Assembly: GCA_900542005.1 (NCBI GenBank)
Contig: UQLW01000010.1
Coordinates: forward strand, 6,179 to 70,178
DNA: 64,000 nt
Direction: 5' to 3'
Origin: an uncultured Eubacteriales bacterium
GTDB taxonomy: Bacteria > Bacillota > Clostridia > Christensenellales > UMGS416
The notes under the pieces are model-generated. The model saw only the letters and a program-made list of their open reading frames with translations, searched no databases and was not told the origin of the DNA. The position numbers and the translations under genes were made by a program. Shown here piece by piece: positions 17,266-26,463 of this stretch. Position 1 is the stretch's first letter. Each line of letters begins with the position of its first letter.

Positions 17266-18486
17266 TCATAGTCCGCCAAGCCGGATCAGCGTCAGCATGG
17301 CCTGGGCGCCGCGCCGCTCGCGCTCCAGCACCAGAAGCCGCCCGCGCCCCCAGAGGCCGGGCTTGGAGGAGGCCATCGCCTCCATGGCCGTGTGCAGCCG
17401 CATGGGGCCGTCCAGCGAGCCGGTAAGCCCGCCGCCGTTTTTGAGCTCCCGCAGGATATTGCGGTAGGCCGGCGATTCCAGCTTCTGCTCGAAACGGGGC
17501 TGTTCGCGCTCAAAGGCCTCCAGAAGGCCGTCAAAGAATTCTTCCGCGCTGTAGGGGCGGTCGCGCTTAAGGCCATAGAGCAGCGCCGCCTCCTCCAGCC
17601 CCTCGCAGGTATAGCGGGAAAAGTGGGCGGTCATCCGCCCATATTGCGCGCGGGGAAAGAAATAGTACCTTCCCTGCATCCGGCCAAAGACCTTCATCGT
17701 ATCCAGATAGCCCAGGGCCTGGTTGAAGGCCAGGGTCTCCGGAGAAAGATCGAAGAGCCCGCCCAGGGGCATGGAATACTTGATGGTGATGATGGTGGCG
17801 CCGTCGGGACGCACCGGACGGACCAGCCCCACGCCGCCAATGTCTACGGTAATGATATGCCTGCACCCCCGGCGCAGCAGCATCCGTACCGGCATATTGT
17901 CGCCAATTCCCCCGTCGATGAATTCATGCTCGCCGATCTGAACGGATTTGAAGATGGGGAAGCAGGCGCTTGCCATAATATAATCGATGAGCTGGCCCTG
18001 GGGGATTTCCCCCACAAAGATCTCCGTGGTGGAAAGGTCCGTCTTGGAGAAGGTGGTCATGCCGTAATCAATCCCCGAGGCGCGGATCCGCTCCTCGTCC
18101 AGGATCGCGGCCAGCGTATCGCGCAGCGGCGTGTTGTCCAGCCCCCTGCGCATGATCATCTCCCGGGTGATGGCGGCCAGGTTCCGGGGATCCAGCAGGT
18201 TTTCCGTGGCGTCGGATATGCCGTCGGCCTTGACAATCTGGCTCATGCGCACGCTGTGCCAGGCGTCCAGGGCCGCCTGGAAATCCCCCTGGGCCAGCAG
18301 GGCCCCATTGATGGAGCCGATGGATGCGCCGGTGACCGCCTGGATGGGGATATCCATCTCCCGCAGCGCCTGCCAGACGCCCAGCTGATAGGCGCCCTTG
18401 GCCCCGCCGCCCATAAAGACAAGCCCAAAGCCCTCCGGCGGGATCACAATGTCCCCCTCCCGGCGGGGAAGCAGGGCCTGGCCCAT
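17266..18486 (-). CDS. Patatin-like phospholipase
   Basis: The oxyanion motif GGGAKGAYQLG, the nucleophile elbow GASIGS and a later DGG motif are present. Its start overlaps the ppiB stop by 1 nt. Confidence 0.85.
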   Translation of the reverse strand: MGQALLPRREGDIVIPPEGFGLVFMGGGAKGAYQLGVWQALREMDIPIQAVTGASIGSINGALLAQGDFQAALDAWHSVRMSQIVKADGISDATENLLDPRNLAAITREMIMRRGLDNTPLRDTLAAILDEERIRASGIDYGMTTFSKTDLSTTEIFVGEIPQGQLIDYIMASACFPIFKSVQIGEHEFIDGGIGDNMPVRMLLRRGCRHIITVDIGGVGLVRPVRPDGATIITIKYSMPLGGLFDLSPETLAFNQALGYLDTMKVFGRMQGRYYFFPRAQYGRMTAHFSRYTCEGLEEAALLYGLKRDRPYSAEEFFDGLLEAFEREQPRFEQKLESPAYRNILRELKNGGGLTGSLDGPMRLHTAMEAMASSKPGLWGRGRLLVLERERRGAQAMLTLIRLGGL

Positions 18487-18992
18487 TATAGAAGCTTTTC
18501 CGGCTCGCCCACGTCCTCAGCGTCTACGGTGATGCGGGCGATGCGCATATCGTCCAGGGGCTTGTCGCGCATATCGGTGGCCACAGAGGCGATCCGGTCC
18601 ACCACATCCATCCCCTCGGTTACATGGCCAAAGGCGGCATACTGGCCGTCCAGATGGGGCGCGTCCGCGTGCATGATGAAGAACTGGGAGCCGGCCGAAT
18701 TGGGATGGGCGGCACGGGCCATGGAGATGACGCCGCGGGTATGGCGCAGCGGATTGTTGTACCCGTTGCTGGCAAACTCTCCCCGGATGGTATAGCCGGG
18801 GCCGCCGGTACCGTTGCCCATGGGGTCGCCGCCCTGGATCATGAAGCCGGGGATGACGCGGTGGAAGATGAGGCCGTCGTAAAAGCCGGCCTTGGCCAGC
18901 GAGGCGAAATTCTTCACCGTGTTGGGCGCGTAGTCTTCATCCAGCTGGATTTTGATGACGCCGCCCTTTTCCATTTCAATGGTTGCAATCAT
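18486..18992 (-). CDS. ppiB: Peptidyl-prolyl cis-trans isomerase (cyclophilin type)
   Basis: The translation contains FHRVIPGFMIQGGDP.GNGTGGPGY and SAGSQFFI. Confidence 0.9.
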   Translation of the reverse strand: MIATIEMEKGGVIKIQLDEDYAPNTVKNFASLAKAGFYDGLIFHRVIPGFMIQGGDPMGNGTGGPGYTIRGEFASNGYNNPLRHTRGVISMARAAHPNSAGSQFFIMHADAPHLDGQYAAFGHVTEGMDVVDRIASVATDMRDKPLDDMRIARITVDAEDVGEPEKLL

Positions 18993-19112
18993 GCTGTACT
19001 CCTTCGCCGGCGCGGTATGGGGGCGCGCCAGTATTTCTCTTGTGTGCTGTTATAATACGCCGCAGGCGGCCAAAACCCTTCCCGCCGGCACAAAAATCTC
19101 AAAAAAGGAGGG

Positions 19113-21299
19113 TTATACCTCAGCGATCTCCCACTGTACCGCCCCATGATCCCCCGGCATGGGCGTAAGGGGCAGGCCGGCGGACATGAGCGCCGCGCCG
19201 GAGAGGGTCAGGCCCGTATCGCCCACGCGATAGCGGGCATGGGGCTTGAGGCCCTTGAGCCGGACCCGGAAGCCGGGGGAGGCCGCCTGGGCATAGCGCT
19301 GCACAAAGCTGAACAGCGCCCGGTCGCGCTCCGGGCTGACGAACATCCACGCGGCGTATTCGCTCTGGGCCATGACGTCGCTGAGCCGGTAATAATCGCC
19401 CCGGTTGATCAGCGCTTCATTGCGCTTGTAGGTCGCCACCTGGGCGGCCACCTGGCCCTTTTCCTCCTCGCTCATGCGGCTGATGTCCAGCTCATAGCCG
19501 AAGGTGCCGGCCATGGCCACAACCCCGCGGGTATGCAGCGGGGTGCTGCGGCCGGTCTGGTGGTTGGGGCAGACCGACACATGGCTGCCCACGGCGCTGA
19601 CAGGATAGCCAAAGCTTGTGCCATACTGGATGATAAGGCGCTCTGCGGCGTCGGTATCGTCGCTGCACCAGATCTGGGGCGTATAGTAGAGCATCCCCGC
19701 GTCAAAGCGGCCGCCGCCGCCGGAGCAGCCCTCAAAGAGGATATCGGGGAAGGCCGAGGTCAGCCGCTCCATCAGCCGGTAAACCCCCAGGATGTGGCGG
19801 TGGCCGGCCTCGCCCTGGCGGCTGGCAGGCAGGGCGGCGGAGCCGACCTCCGTCAGGTGCCGGTTCATATCCCACTTGACATAGGCGATATTGGCCGAGG
19901 CCAGCACAGCGCTGATGGAATCGAAGAGATAATCCTGCACGTCGCGGCGGCCCATATCCAGCACCAGCTGATTGCGGCTGCGGCTGCCGGGGCGGCCGGG
20001 AATATGGAGGCACCAGTCGGGATGGGCGCGGTACAGATCACTGTCCTCGCTGACCATTTCCGGCTCGATCCAGATTCCGAGGCCCAGGCCGCAGGCGTTC
20101 ACCCTGTCCGCCAGCTGGGCCAGGCTGCCCTTGAGCTTCCGCTCGTTGACGGTCCAGTCTCCCAGGCCGGAATTGTCGTCGTCCCGCTTGCCGAACCAGC
20201 CGTCGTCCATCACCAGCAGCTCCACGCCCAGCGGGGCCGCGCTGCGGGCGATCTCTACGAGCTTATCGCTGTCAAAGTCAAAATATACGGCCTCCCAGGA
20301 ATTGATGAGCACGGGACGGCGGGCGGCCCGGTACTTGCCCCGGCACAGATGGTCGCGGAAGGCGCGGTGCAGCCGCTGGGACAGGCCCGTCAGCCCTTCG
20401 CCGCTGAAGGTCAGGCACACCTCGGGCACGGGGAAGGTTTCCCCGGGCGCCAGCGCCCAGCGGAAAGTGTCGGGATGGATCCCCATGACCAGGCGCGTGG
20501 AGCCGGTCTGATCCACCTCGGCCTGGGCCAGGAAGCTGCCGCTGTATACCAGGCTGGCGCCGTAGCAGCAGCCGGCGTCCTCGGTGGCGTCCCGGTCGCA
20601 GAGGATCACAAAGGGGTTATACTGATGGCTGGAGGCGCCGCGGAGCGAATCCACCCGGAGCTTGCCGTGGGGCAGGGGCGTGCGCTGGGGCATCCGTTCC
20701 CGGCAGTGGCGTCCATGGAAGGTATACAGGTCGTATTCGCTGGAGGGGAAGTCCAGCCCCAGGGAAAGGGCGCGATCCAGAAGCAGGGGGGCCGTGCCGC
20801 GGTTTTCGATGAGAGCAGCGCGGGTGATCACATCGTCCCGCTCCAACACGCCGTAGAGCAGCGTGACCCGCAGGCCGGTATGGGGATCGGCCAGGTAAAT
20901 CTTCAGCGTGTCAAAGCCCTCGCCATAGAGGGCCGGAAGCCCTTCAAGGCTGTATTTACCGGCGCACAGCTCAAAACCGTCATAGCGCAGGTCGGCATAG
21001 GCTACGCCGTCGAGGCCGGTTACGGCCAGGGCGCTTTCCCGGAAATCCGTAGCCCCATAGGTCGGGTATTCCTGCGGCTGGTTATCCAGGGAAAAGCTCC
21101 GGTCGCCGCCGGTATCGGCGGGGTTGGCGGAGAAGGACATGGCGTAGTGGGGCAGCAGATAGCTCAGATCCTCGCCGTCGATCCGGGGGCCATAGTAGGT
21201 ATGCAGCAAAAAGCCATAGGGCCCCACCTTCAGCTGATAGGTGGAGGCCTGGGTATGCAAGGTGAAAAGCCCCTGATTTGGGTCGGCTACAATGGACAT
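19113..21299 (-). CDS. Alpha-galactosidase (GH36)
   Basis: The product is 728 aa. The sequence VMDDGWFGKRDDDNSGLGDW...KWDMNR...CSGGGGRFD is characteristic of GH36 AgaA/MelA-type enzymes. Confidence 0.9.
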   Translation of the reverse strand: MSIVADPNQGLFTLHTQASTYQLKVGPYGFLLHTYYGPRIDGEDLSYLLPHYAMSFSANPADTGGDRSFSLDNQPQEYPTYGATDFRESALAVTGLDGVAYADLRYDGFELCAGKYSLEGLPALYGEGFDTLKIYLADPHTGLRVTLLYGVLERDDVITRAALIENRGTAPLLLDRALSLGLDFPSSEYDLYTFHGRHCRERMPQRTPLPHGKLRVDSLRGASSHQYNPFVILCDRDATEDAGCCYGASLVYSGSFLAQAEVDQTGSTRLVMGIHPDTFRWALAPGETFPVPEVCLTFSGEGLTGLSQRLHRAFRDHLCRGKYRAARRPVLINSWEAVYFDFDSDKLVEIARSAAPLGVELLVMDDGWFGKRDDDNSGLGDWTVNERKLKGSLAQLADRVNACGLGLGIWIEPEMVSEDSDLYRAHPDWCLHIPGRPGSRSRNQLVLDMGRRDVQDYLFDSISAVLASANIAYVKWDMNRHLTEVGSAALPASRQGEAGHRHILGVYRLMERLTSAFPDILFEGCSGGGGRFDAGMLYYTPQIWCSDDTDAAERLIIQYGTSFGYPVSAVGSHVSVCPNHQTGRSTPLHTRGVVAMAGTFGYELDISRMSEEEKGQVAAQVATYKRNEALINRGDYYRLSDVMAQSEYAAWMFVSPERDRALFSFVQRYAQAASPGFRVRLKGLKPHARYRVGDTGLTLSGAALMSAGLPLTPMPGDHGAVQWEIAEV

Positions 21300-21323
21300 G
21301 GGGGTGCTCCTTTCTTCCGGGGG

Positions 21324-22478
21324 TTATTTTCCAGCGTCGGCTATCGCCGCCATCAGCGCCTGGCGGCTCGCATCGCTGAGCGTATCCTGCAGGGTTTCAT
21401 AGGTCATCCCATCAAAGCAGGGGCCTGCAATATAGGGCCCCTTGCCCTGGGCATAGCATACCAGGGCCGCCTTCTGGGGATCCAGGGCCCGGTTGTATTC
21501 GCTGAAGAGCTCGTTTTCACAGAACACAAGCCGGTAGGGGCCCAGGCAAAGGGTATCAATCTTGGCGTCGGCCTGCAGCCTTTCCGGATGGGCCAGGTTC
21601 CTTTGGGAGAATTCGATGCCGTACTGCAGCACCTCCCGCTCCCGGGCGCTGTAGTATTCGGGGATCACCAGGCTGCTTGGATCCTTGAGGCTGTGGGACA
21701 GCGGCAGCAGCCGCTCCCGATAGGCCAGGGTAAGGGGATGGGCCGGGGCTGACAGCGCCAGCAGCCGGTCGAATTCATCGGCCATTTTTCTTCCAAAGGC
21801 CTCCATCTGCCCTTCTGTCTGCTCCTTCCGGGTAAAGCGGGTGCTTACGTCGCCGGCCGCGCCCTGCAGGAAGGCGAAGAATTCACCGGGGTGGCGCGCC
21901 TCCAGCAGCCGCAGGGCTGCGCCGGGATATTCGCCGGTAAAAAAGGGCGTGTCGCCGCCCAGCACGGTGGGGTGGCAGTTGTAGAGGCAAAGCGAGGCGA
22001 TGCGGGTGGCCCCTTCATAGAGGCAGAGCGTATGGGCCAGTATCTGGTCGGTCTGCCAGCGGCTGATCCGGCTGTCGCCGATTTGGCGGTAGGGCTCCCA
22101 GGCATAGCCGCAGGTAAGCGCAGCGCTCCGGGGCTTCAGGGCAAGGATGGCCTCTGTAAGCTGCCGGAGGACCAGCGCCTCATAGGCGGGGTCGTCAATA
22201 TCGGGCCCGAAATGGGTGTGGGTGCAGCAGATGACGACGTGCGCGGCGGCGCCCCAGCGGGCCTCCAGGGCCTGCTGCAGCTGGCGCTGCAGGCTGCGCG
22301 GGCTGTAGCATAGATCCAGCGCGCAGAGCACAAAGGACGCCTCTTCCTGCCGCAGCAAGAGAATGCGCCCATAGAGGAAATCCCGTATCCGCTCCATGGG
22401 CTGGGTTTGCTGGGCGTAGCCGATGGCCTTAATGGGGGCCTGCGGGTTGATGCAGACCTTGGTGGTGGCAATTTGCAT
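21324..22478 (-). CDS. Hypothetical hydrolase, neutral-ceramidase-N-terminal-like
   Basis: The match is weak (CCTHTHFGPD plus overall layout). It probably shares an operon with the alpha-galactosidase gene (24-nt gap). Confidence 0.45.
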   Translation of the reverse strand: MQIATTKVCINPQAPIKAIGYAQQTQPMERIRDFLYGRILLLRQEEASFVLCALDLCYSPRSLQRQLQQALEARWGAAAHVVICCTHTHFGPDIDDPAYEALVLRQLTEAILALKPRSAALTCGYAWEPYRQIGDSRISRWQTDQILAHTLCLYEGATRIASLCLYNCHPTVLGGDTPFFTGEYPGAALRLLEARHPGEFFAFLQGAAGDVSTRFTRKEQTEGQMEAFGRKMADEFDRLLALSAPAHPLTLAYRERLLPLSHSLKDPSSLVIPEYYSAREREVLQYGIEFSQRNLAHPERLQADAKIDTLCLGPYRLVFCENELFSEYNRALDPQKAALVCYAQGKGPYIAGPCFDGMTYETLQDTLSDASRQALMAAIADAGK

Positions 22479-22571
22479 GGAAATACCTCCCCAGGGAAAT
22501 GCCGCTCCCCGCCGGGCGTATAAAAAACGCGCCCCGGGCTCCCGGCGGCGGGCGGAGTCGATCTATCTGCC

Positions 22572-22600
22572 ATTATACCATAGGGCAATGGGGCCGCCAA
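22572..22600 (-). promoter_or_regulatory. Sigma-A promoter candidate with extended -10
   Basis: On the minus strand the elements read TTGGCG, a 17-nt spacer and TATAAT preceded by TGn, about 95 nt upstream of the 22478 start. Confidence 0.4.
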
Positions 22601-22644
22601 GGCTTTCGCAGCGGGCCAGGCAGGGGAAAAGCGACAGCATGGAG

Positions 22645-22674
22645 GCAAAAAAAGAAGCCGCCTAATAGGCGGCT
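22645..22674 (-). terminator. Rho-independent terminator (minus strand)
   Basis: The stem agccgcct/aggcggct is followed by a T-run on the minus strand, downstream of the serpin gene. Confidence 0.55.
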
Positions 22675-22726
22675 CCTAGGCGGGCGCGGCCTGCGCGCAT
22701 CCGATCAGGCGCGCGGCGCGGCCCCG

Positions 22727-24184
22727 TCAGGGCTGGTTCACCACGCCCATGAAAAGCGTCATGCCGTCGGCGCCGGTAACGGCGAACAGGAAGGGGCGGT
22801 CGAGGGTGAAGTCCACCTCGTCCTGGGGCATGGCCGCGCCGGCCATCATCATGACCGTGTAGGCGGCGGCTGTGCAGCCCTCCTCGTCGATCGCTACCCG
22901 GACCCCCTGCTGGGCCTGCGATAGGAAAATTCCGTCCACCGCCCCGGTCATGGGGCTGAAATCGGAGACATCGGGCTGGAATACGTCGGTGACGCCCAGC
23001 GATTCCAGCCCCTCGCGCAGCGAAAGCTGGGCGCTGATATCGAATTTGGGTACCGCGAGGTTGACCAGCGTGGCTTTGTGGTTTGCCCAGTCCTCCTGGC
23101 CGGTGAATAAGAACGCCATCGCCTCGTCATCCTGAAGCAGCGACTGAACGTCCGTCCCCTCGTCCGGAAGAATAAACCACATGGCCCCGCCGTTTTCCAG
23201 CCCCTGAGCCACGGCGGAGAAATTCTCGCCCCAGTAATAGTCGCCCATGACCGATTGACGCATGAAATCCACGGATTTATCGCCGGATGCGCTGTGAAAA
23301 ACGCCGGGCCCGGTCAGGGAGGGATCAAATTCGTGGCTCCACTTGGCCCGGAAGTAAACGGTGGTGGCCAGGGCCATGACCGTGCCGGCATCCAGCTTCA
23401 GCGCGTCCACCTGATCCTTCAGGAGGCCGCCCGTCTGCTCGTTGAGCCAGTTTTGCAGGGCGGCGTTAAAGGCGTCGGAGCCCATCTCACCCCGGTAGGC
23501 CGAGGCATAATAGCTTTGCGCCAGCCGGTCCAGGGTCTCCTGGCGGAAGGGCACCCGCTCATCCAGCCACAGGGAGCTGGCCAGGACGCTGGTAACTGCG
23601 CCATCGTTCCGGTAGGCGCCGTTCCATAGGGCTGAAGCCTGGGCGCGCAGGGCGTCCATGTCGGCCACGTTCAGCAGCGAAAGCACCTGCTGCCGGCTGT
23701 CGCCCTCCGTCAGCTCGGCCAGCATGCCCAGCGCGATATACAGGTTCAGCGGGGAATAGGCCCGGTTCTCGGTACCGGCCCCTGAAAGGAATTGGCGGGC
23801 TGCCGCGGTGAAGAAACCGTCCATGCCCTGGGTATAGCCTTCCGAGCGCTGGCGCTGCGCCTGGACATCGTGCCACCAGGCGTCGTAGCTCTCCTGGAAG
23901 GAATCAAGATATTCGCCGGTTTCCGGATCAATATGGGCCTGCTCATCAGGATAGGGGGCCATTTGGGGATAGGCGGGCTGGGCCAGAGCATAGGCGGTAA
24001 GCGGGGACGGGCTGCCCTGGGGCCAGAGCAGCACCACGGCCAGCACCGCCGCCGCCAGCACCGCGGCGCAGGCCGCCTGAAAGGCAGGGCGCCGGACGAG
24101 AGCCGTGGGGCGGGCCTCCAGCGTCCGGCGCTTCAGGGCGTCCGGCACATGGAGCTGTTCATTGGCCCTTCGATAGCGGTTCAT
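22727..24184 (-). CDS. Membrane-anchored serpin (short cytoplasmic N-terminus + TM helix + serpin domain)
   Basis: The serpin body runs from YSPLNLYIALGMLAELTEG to the hinge DEEGCTAAAYT and the C-terminal FTLDRPFLFAV. Residues 33-55 or so form a hydrophobic helix (AACAAVLAAAVLAVVLLW). The start overlaps the sigma-factor stop (ATGA). Confidence 0.85.
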   Translation of the reverse strand: MNRYRRANEQLHVPDALKRRTLEARPTALVRRPAFQAACAAVLAAAVLAVVLLWPQGSPSPLTAYALAQPAYPQMAPYPDEQAHIDPETGEYLDSFQESYDAWWHDVQAQRQRSEGYTQGMDGFFTAAARQFLSGAGTENRAYSPLNLYIALGMLAELTEGDSRQQVLSLLNVADMDALRAQASALWNGAYRNDGAVTSVLASSLWLDERVPFRQETLDRLAQSYYASAYRGEMGSDAFNAALQNWLNEQTGGLLKDQVDALKLDAGTVMALATTVYFRAKWSHEFDPSLTGPGVFHSASGDKSVDFMRQSVMGDYYWGENFSAVAQGLENGGAMWFILPDEGTDVQSLLQDDEAMAFLFTGQEDWANHKATLVNLAVPKFDISAQLSLREGLESLGVTDVFQPDVSDFSPMTGAVDGIFLSQAQQGVRVAIDEEGCTAAAYTVMMMAGAAMPQDEVDFTLDRPFLFAVTGADGMTLFMGVVNQP

Positions 24185-24651
24185 AGGTCAACCTCCTTCA
24201 GGGATGCACGCAGCAGGCCGCGGCCCCGGCTGAGCCTGGACTTGACGGTCCCCTGGGCGCAGCCGCAGGCCGCCGCAATCTCCGCCACGGACAGCCCTTC
24301 AAAATAATGCAGATGGATGACGGTGCGGTAGGGAGCGGGAAGGGCCAATACGGCGGCGTACACCGCCCGGTCAGGCTCGGGGACCGAGAGCTGGGCGGCC
24401 AGCTCCATGGGCAGCACCCTGCGCCGCCAGGGCGCAGAGGCCAGGCTCTTGGCGCGGTTGACGGTACAGCGAATCAGCCAGGCCTTCTGGTGCTCGGCGG
24501 TAGTGAGCCGCCCTTCATGGCGGAAAAAGCGCAGAAAAACCTCCTGAAAAATGTCCTCGGCGTCCTGGAGCTTACCCGTACGGGCCAGCGCCAGCCGCCA
24601 TACCATATCGCCCCAACGCTCGACCATGCAGGCGCGCTGCTGTTGATTCAT
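24181..24651 (-). CDS. ECF-type RNA polymerase sigma-70 factor
   Basis: Region 2 (DAEDIFQEVFLRFF) and the region 4 HTH (LSVAEIAAACGCAQGTVKSRLSRGR) are present. I prefer the ATG at 24651, which follows a GGGGAAGGGG RBS. Confidence 0.85.
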   Translation of the reverse strand: MNQQQRACMVERWGDMVWRLALARTGKLQDAEDIFQEVFLRFFRHEGRLTTAEHQKAWLIRCTVNRAKSLASAPWRRRVLPMELAAQLSVPEPDRAVYAAVLALPAPYRTVIHLHYFEGLSVAEIAAACGCAQGTVKSRLSRGRGLLRASLKEVDL

Positions 24652-24860
24652 GACCCCTTCCCCTTTCTTCTTTACACCGGCGTTCATCTATAATACCCTG
24701 GAGGAGGGCGAAAGGTTGCATAGAATTTTAGCCCTTTTTGCGGCCCCCTACCGCGAAAGGGGGCCGGGTCTTCAGGCAAGGCTTGATGCCTGCCCGGCGC
24801 CGCCGGGAAAGCCGGCGAAAACGGGAAGCGCCGCCGCCCCGACGCCAATCAAACGGCGGG

Positions 24861-25394
24861 CTATGGGAGAAAGTACCCCCTGCGCTCGCGGTTCAGGGTT
24901 TCCGCGGTGGCGGTAATAACAAGCTCCTCCACTGCGGCGGCAAGGGCGGCGAAGCAGACAATAGCGCCGGCTACCGATATGCCCCATTGTTTGTAGAGCA
25001 TCGGAAACAGAAAAATGAGCGCCCCCGCAGCCTTGTTGGCATCGGTATGGAGGGCGGAAAAGGTTCGGTACCGATAAAAGCCAATCCCATATCCGGCAAT
25101 CCGCAGCAGGGCGATGCAAACTATCCATTGCCATAGCCAGCTGGGGAGACGGATAGAGCCAAGCATGGAAAAGAGCAGGGCGCTGACCCAAATGAGATCC
25201 GCAATGCTGTCGAGCTTTGCCCCGGCGGGGCTTTGCTGCTTCAGCAGCCTTGCGACGGCTCCATCGAGTAAATCGCTGAACCCGCCGCCTAGGTAGCATA
25301 GCCAAAAAGGCCCGGAATAGGGCGGGATAAAGACAAGCGCCGCCGCGGCGGCGATGCGGAAAAGCGTAATAAGGTTGGCTGCGTTTTGCCTCAT
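24861..25394 (-). CDS. CDP-alcohol phosphatidyltransferase family protein
   Basis: The motif DLLDGAVAR...G.KLDSIADL (D-x2-DG-x2-AR...G-x3-D-x3-D) is present, and the product has multiple TM helices. Confidence 0.8.
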   Translation of the reverse strand: MRQNAANLITLFRIAAAAALVFIPPYSGPFWLCYLGGGFSDLLDGAVARLLKQQSPAGAKLDSIADLIWVSALLFSMLGSIRLPSWLWQWIVCIALLRIAGYGIGFYRYRTFSALHTDANKAAGALIFLFPMLYKQWGISVAGAIVCFAALAAAVEELVITATAETLNRERRGYFLP

Positions 25395-25480
25395 ATCCTA
25401 TCCCCTCCTGAGCACAAATTTCTCGTTTCCGGCAGCATACCCTGCCCAGCGCGCACCGCACAACGCTATGGGCTGGGTAC

Positions 25481-25527
25481 AAAAACCGGGGACAGGCCCT
25501 CTGCCTGTCCCCGGCTACGCTTTTTTT
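25481..25527 (-). terminator. Rho-independent terminator (minus strand, after era)
   Basis: An 11-bp stem (ccggggacagg pairs with cctgtccccgg) is followed by a T-run on the minus strand. Confidence 0.6.
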
Positions 25528-25533
25528 GGAAGC

Positions 25534-26439
25534 CTACTGGCGGTCGTCATAGCCCAAGTCCCGCAGGACGTTGGCCGAGTCCCGCCAGTTGTCGCGGGCC
25601 TTGACCCATAGCTGCAGGTTGATGGGGCTGCCCAGCAGGGTTTCCATATCGGCGCGGGCGCGGGTGCCGATTTTCTTGAGCATGTCGCCCCTTTTGCCCA
25701 CGACGATCCCCTTGTGGTTTTCCCGCTCCACAATGATATCGGCATGAATATCCACAAGGTCGCTCCCCTCGCGCTTTTTCATCTGCACGACCTCCACGCC
25801 AATGCCATGGGGAATCTCGTCGCGCAGCAGCGAGAGGGCCTTTTCGCGGATGATTTCCGCCACGATGACCCGCTCGGGCTGGTCGGTATACATTTCCTCA
25901 GGAAAGTAGCGCGGGCCTGGAGTCAGATGGGCGGCGATCAGCTGCTCCAAAAGGTCGACGCCCTCGAAGGTGCGGGCGGAAATCGGTACGATTTCCGTGA
26001 TAAACTCGTATTCCCGGAACAGGTCCATGGTTTTGAGCAGCGAGGTTTTGGGCACCAGGTCAATCTTATTGAGAACCAGGATAACCGGCGTGCGCTTGAG
26101 GGTAGCGAGCCGGTCCATCACGGCCCGGTCGCCGCCGCCGACCGGTACCGAAGCGTCCATGACCGCCAGCACCACGTCCACATCCTCCAGCGCCGCGCCT
26201 GCGGAGCGGACCATGAACTGCCCCAGCCGGTTGTGGGGCCGGTGCAGGCCGGGCGTGTCGATAAAGACAATCTGATAGTCGGGCCGGTGCAGCACGCCGC
26301 GGATCTGATTGCGGGTGGTCTGGGGGCGGTCGGACACGATGGCCACCTTTTCGCCTACCATGGCGTTGACCAACGTGGATTTGCCCACGTTGCTGCGGCC
26401 GATCAGCGTAACAAAGCCGGATTTATACTCTTGTTGCAT
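25534..26439 (-). CDS. era: GTPase Era
   Basis: The G1 motif GRSNVGKST, G3 motif DTPG and G4 motif NKID are present, with a C-terminal KH domain. The product is 301 aa. Confidence 0.95.
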   Translation of the reverse strand: MQQEYKSGFVTLIGRSNVGKSTLVNAMVGEKVAIVSDRPQTTRNQIRGVLHRPDYQIVFIDTPGLHRPHNRLGQFMVRSAGAALEDVDVVLAVMDASVPVGGGDRAVMDRLATLKRTPVILVLNKIDLVPKTSLLKTMDLFREYEFITEIVPISARTFEGVDLLEQLIAAHLTPGPRYFPEEMYTDQPERVIVAEIIREKALSLLRDEIPHGIGVEVVQMKKREGSDLVDIHADIIVERENHKGIVVGKRGDMLKKIGTRARADMETLLGSPINLQLWVKARDNWRDSANVLRDLGYDDRQ

Positions 26440-26463
26440 ATCATTCTCCTTTTGGGAAGGGTG

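Noticed and set aside
17266-18486. I considered whether the patatin-like phospholipase is a CBASS-type (CapV-like) defence effector.
   Set aside because: No cyclic-oligonucleotide synthase, E1/E2/JAB or other CBASS partner is adjacent. The neighbours are ppiB and the YbjN-like genes, and the composition matches the backbone.
17392-18795. This is a 467-aa plus-strand ORF.
   Set aside because: It is antisense to the patatin and ppiB genes and has no motifs.
19146-21752. This is an 868-aa plus-strand ORF.
   Set aside because: It is antisense to the GH36 alpha-galactosidase and ceramidase-like genes, both of which have strong family motifs. The translation is low-complexity Ala/Gly-rich.
24861-25394. 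I considered whether the CDP-alcohol phosphatidyltransferase is the missing priming enzyme for the glycan island.
   Set aside because: The motif is that of phospholipid-synthesis CDP-alcohol transferases, not of polyprenyl-phosphate sugar-phosphate transferases. The gene also lies 4.5 kb outside the island on the other strand.
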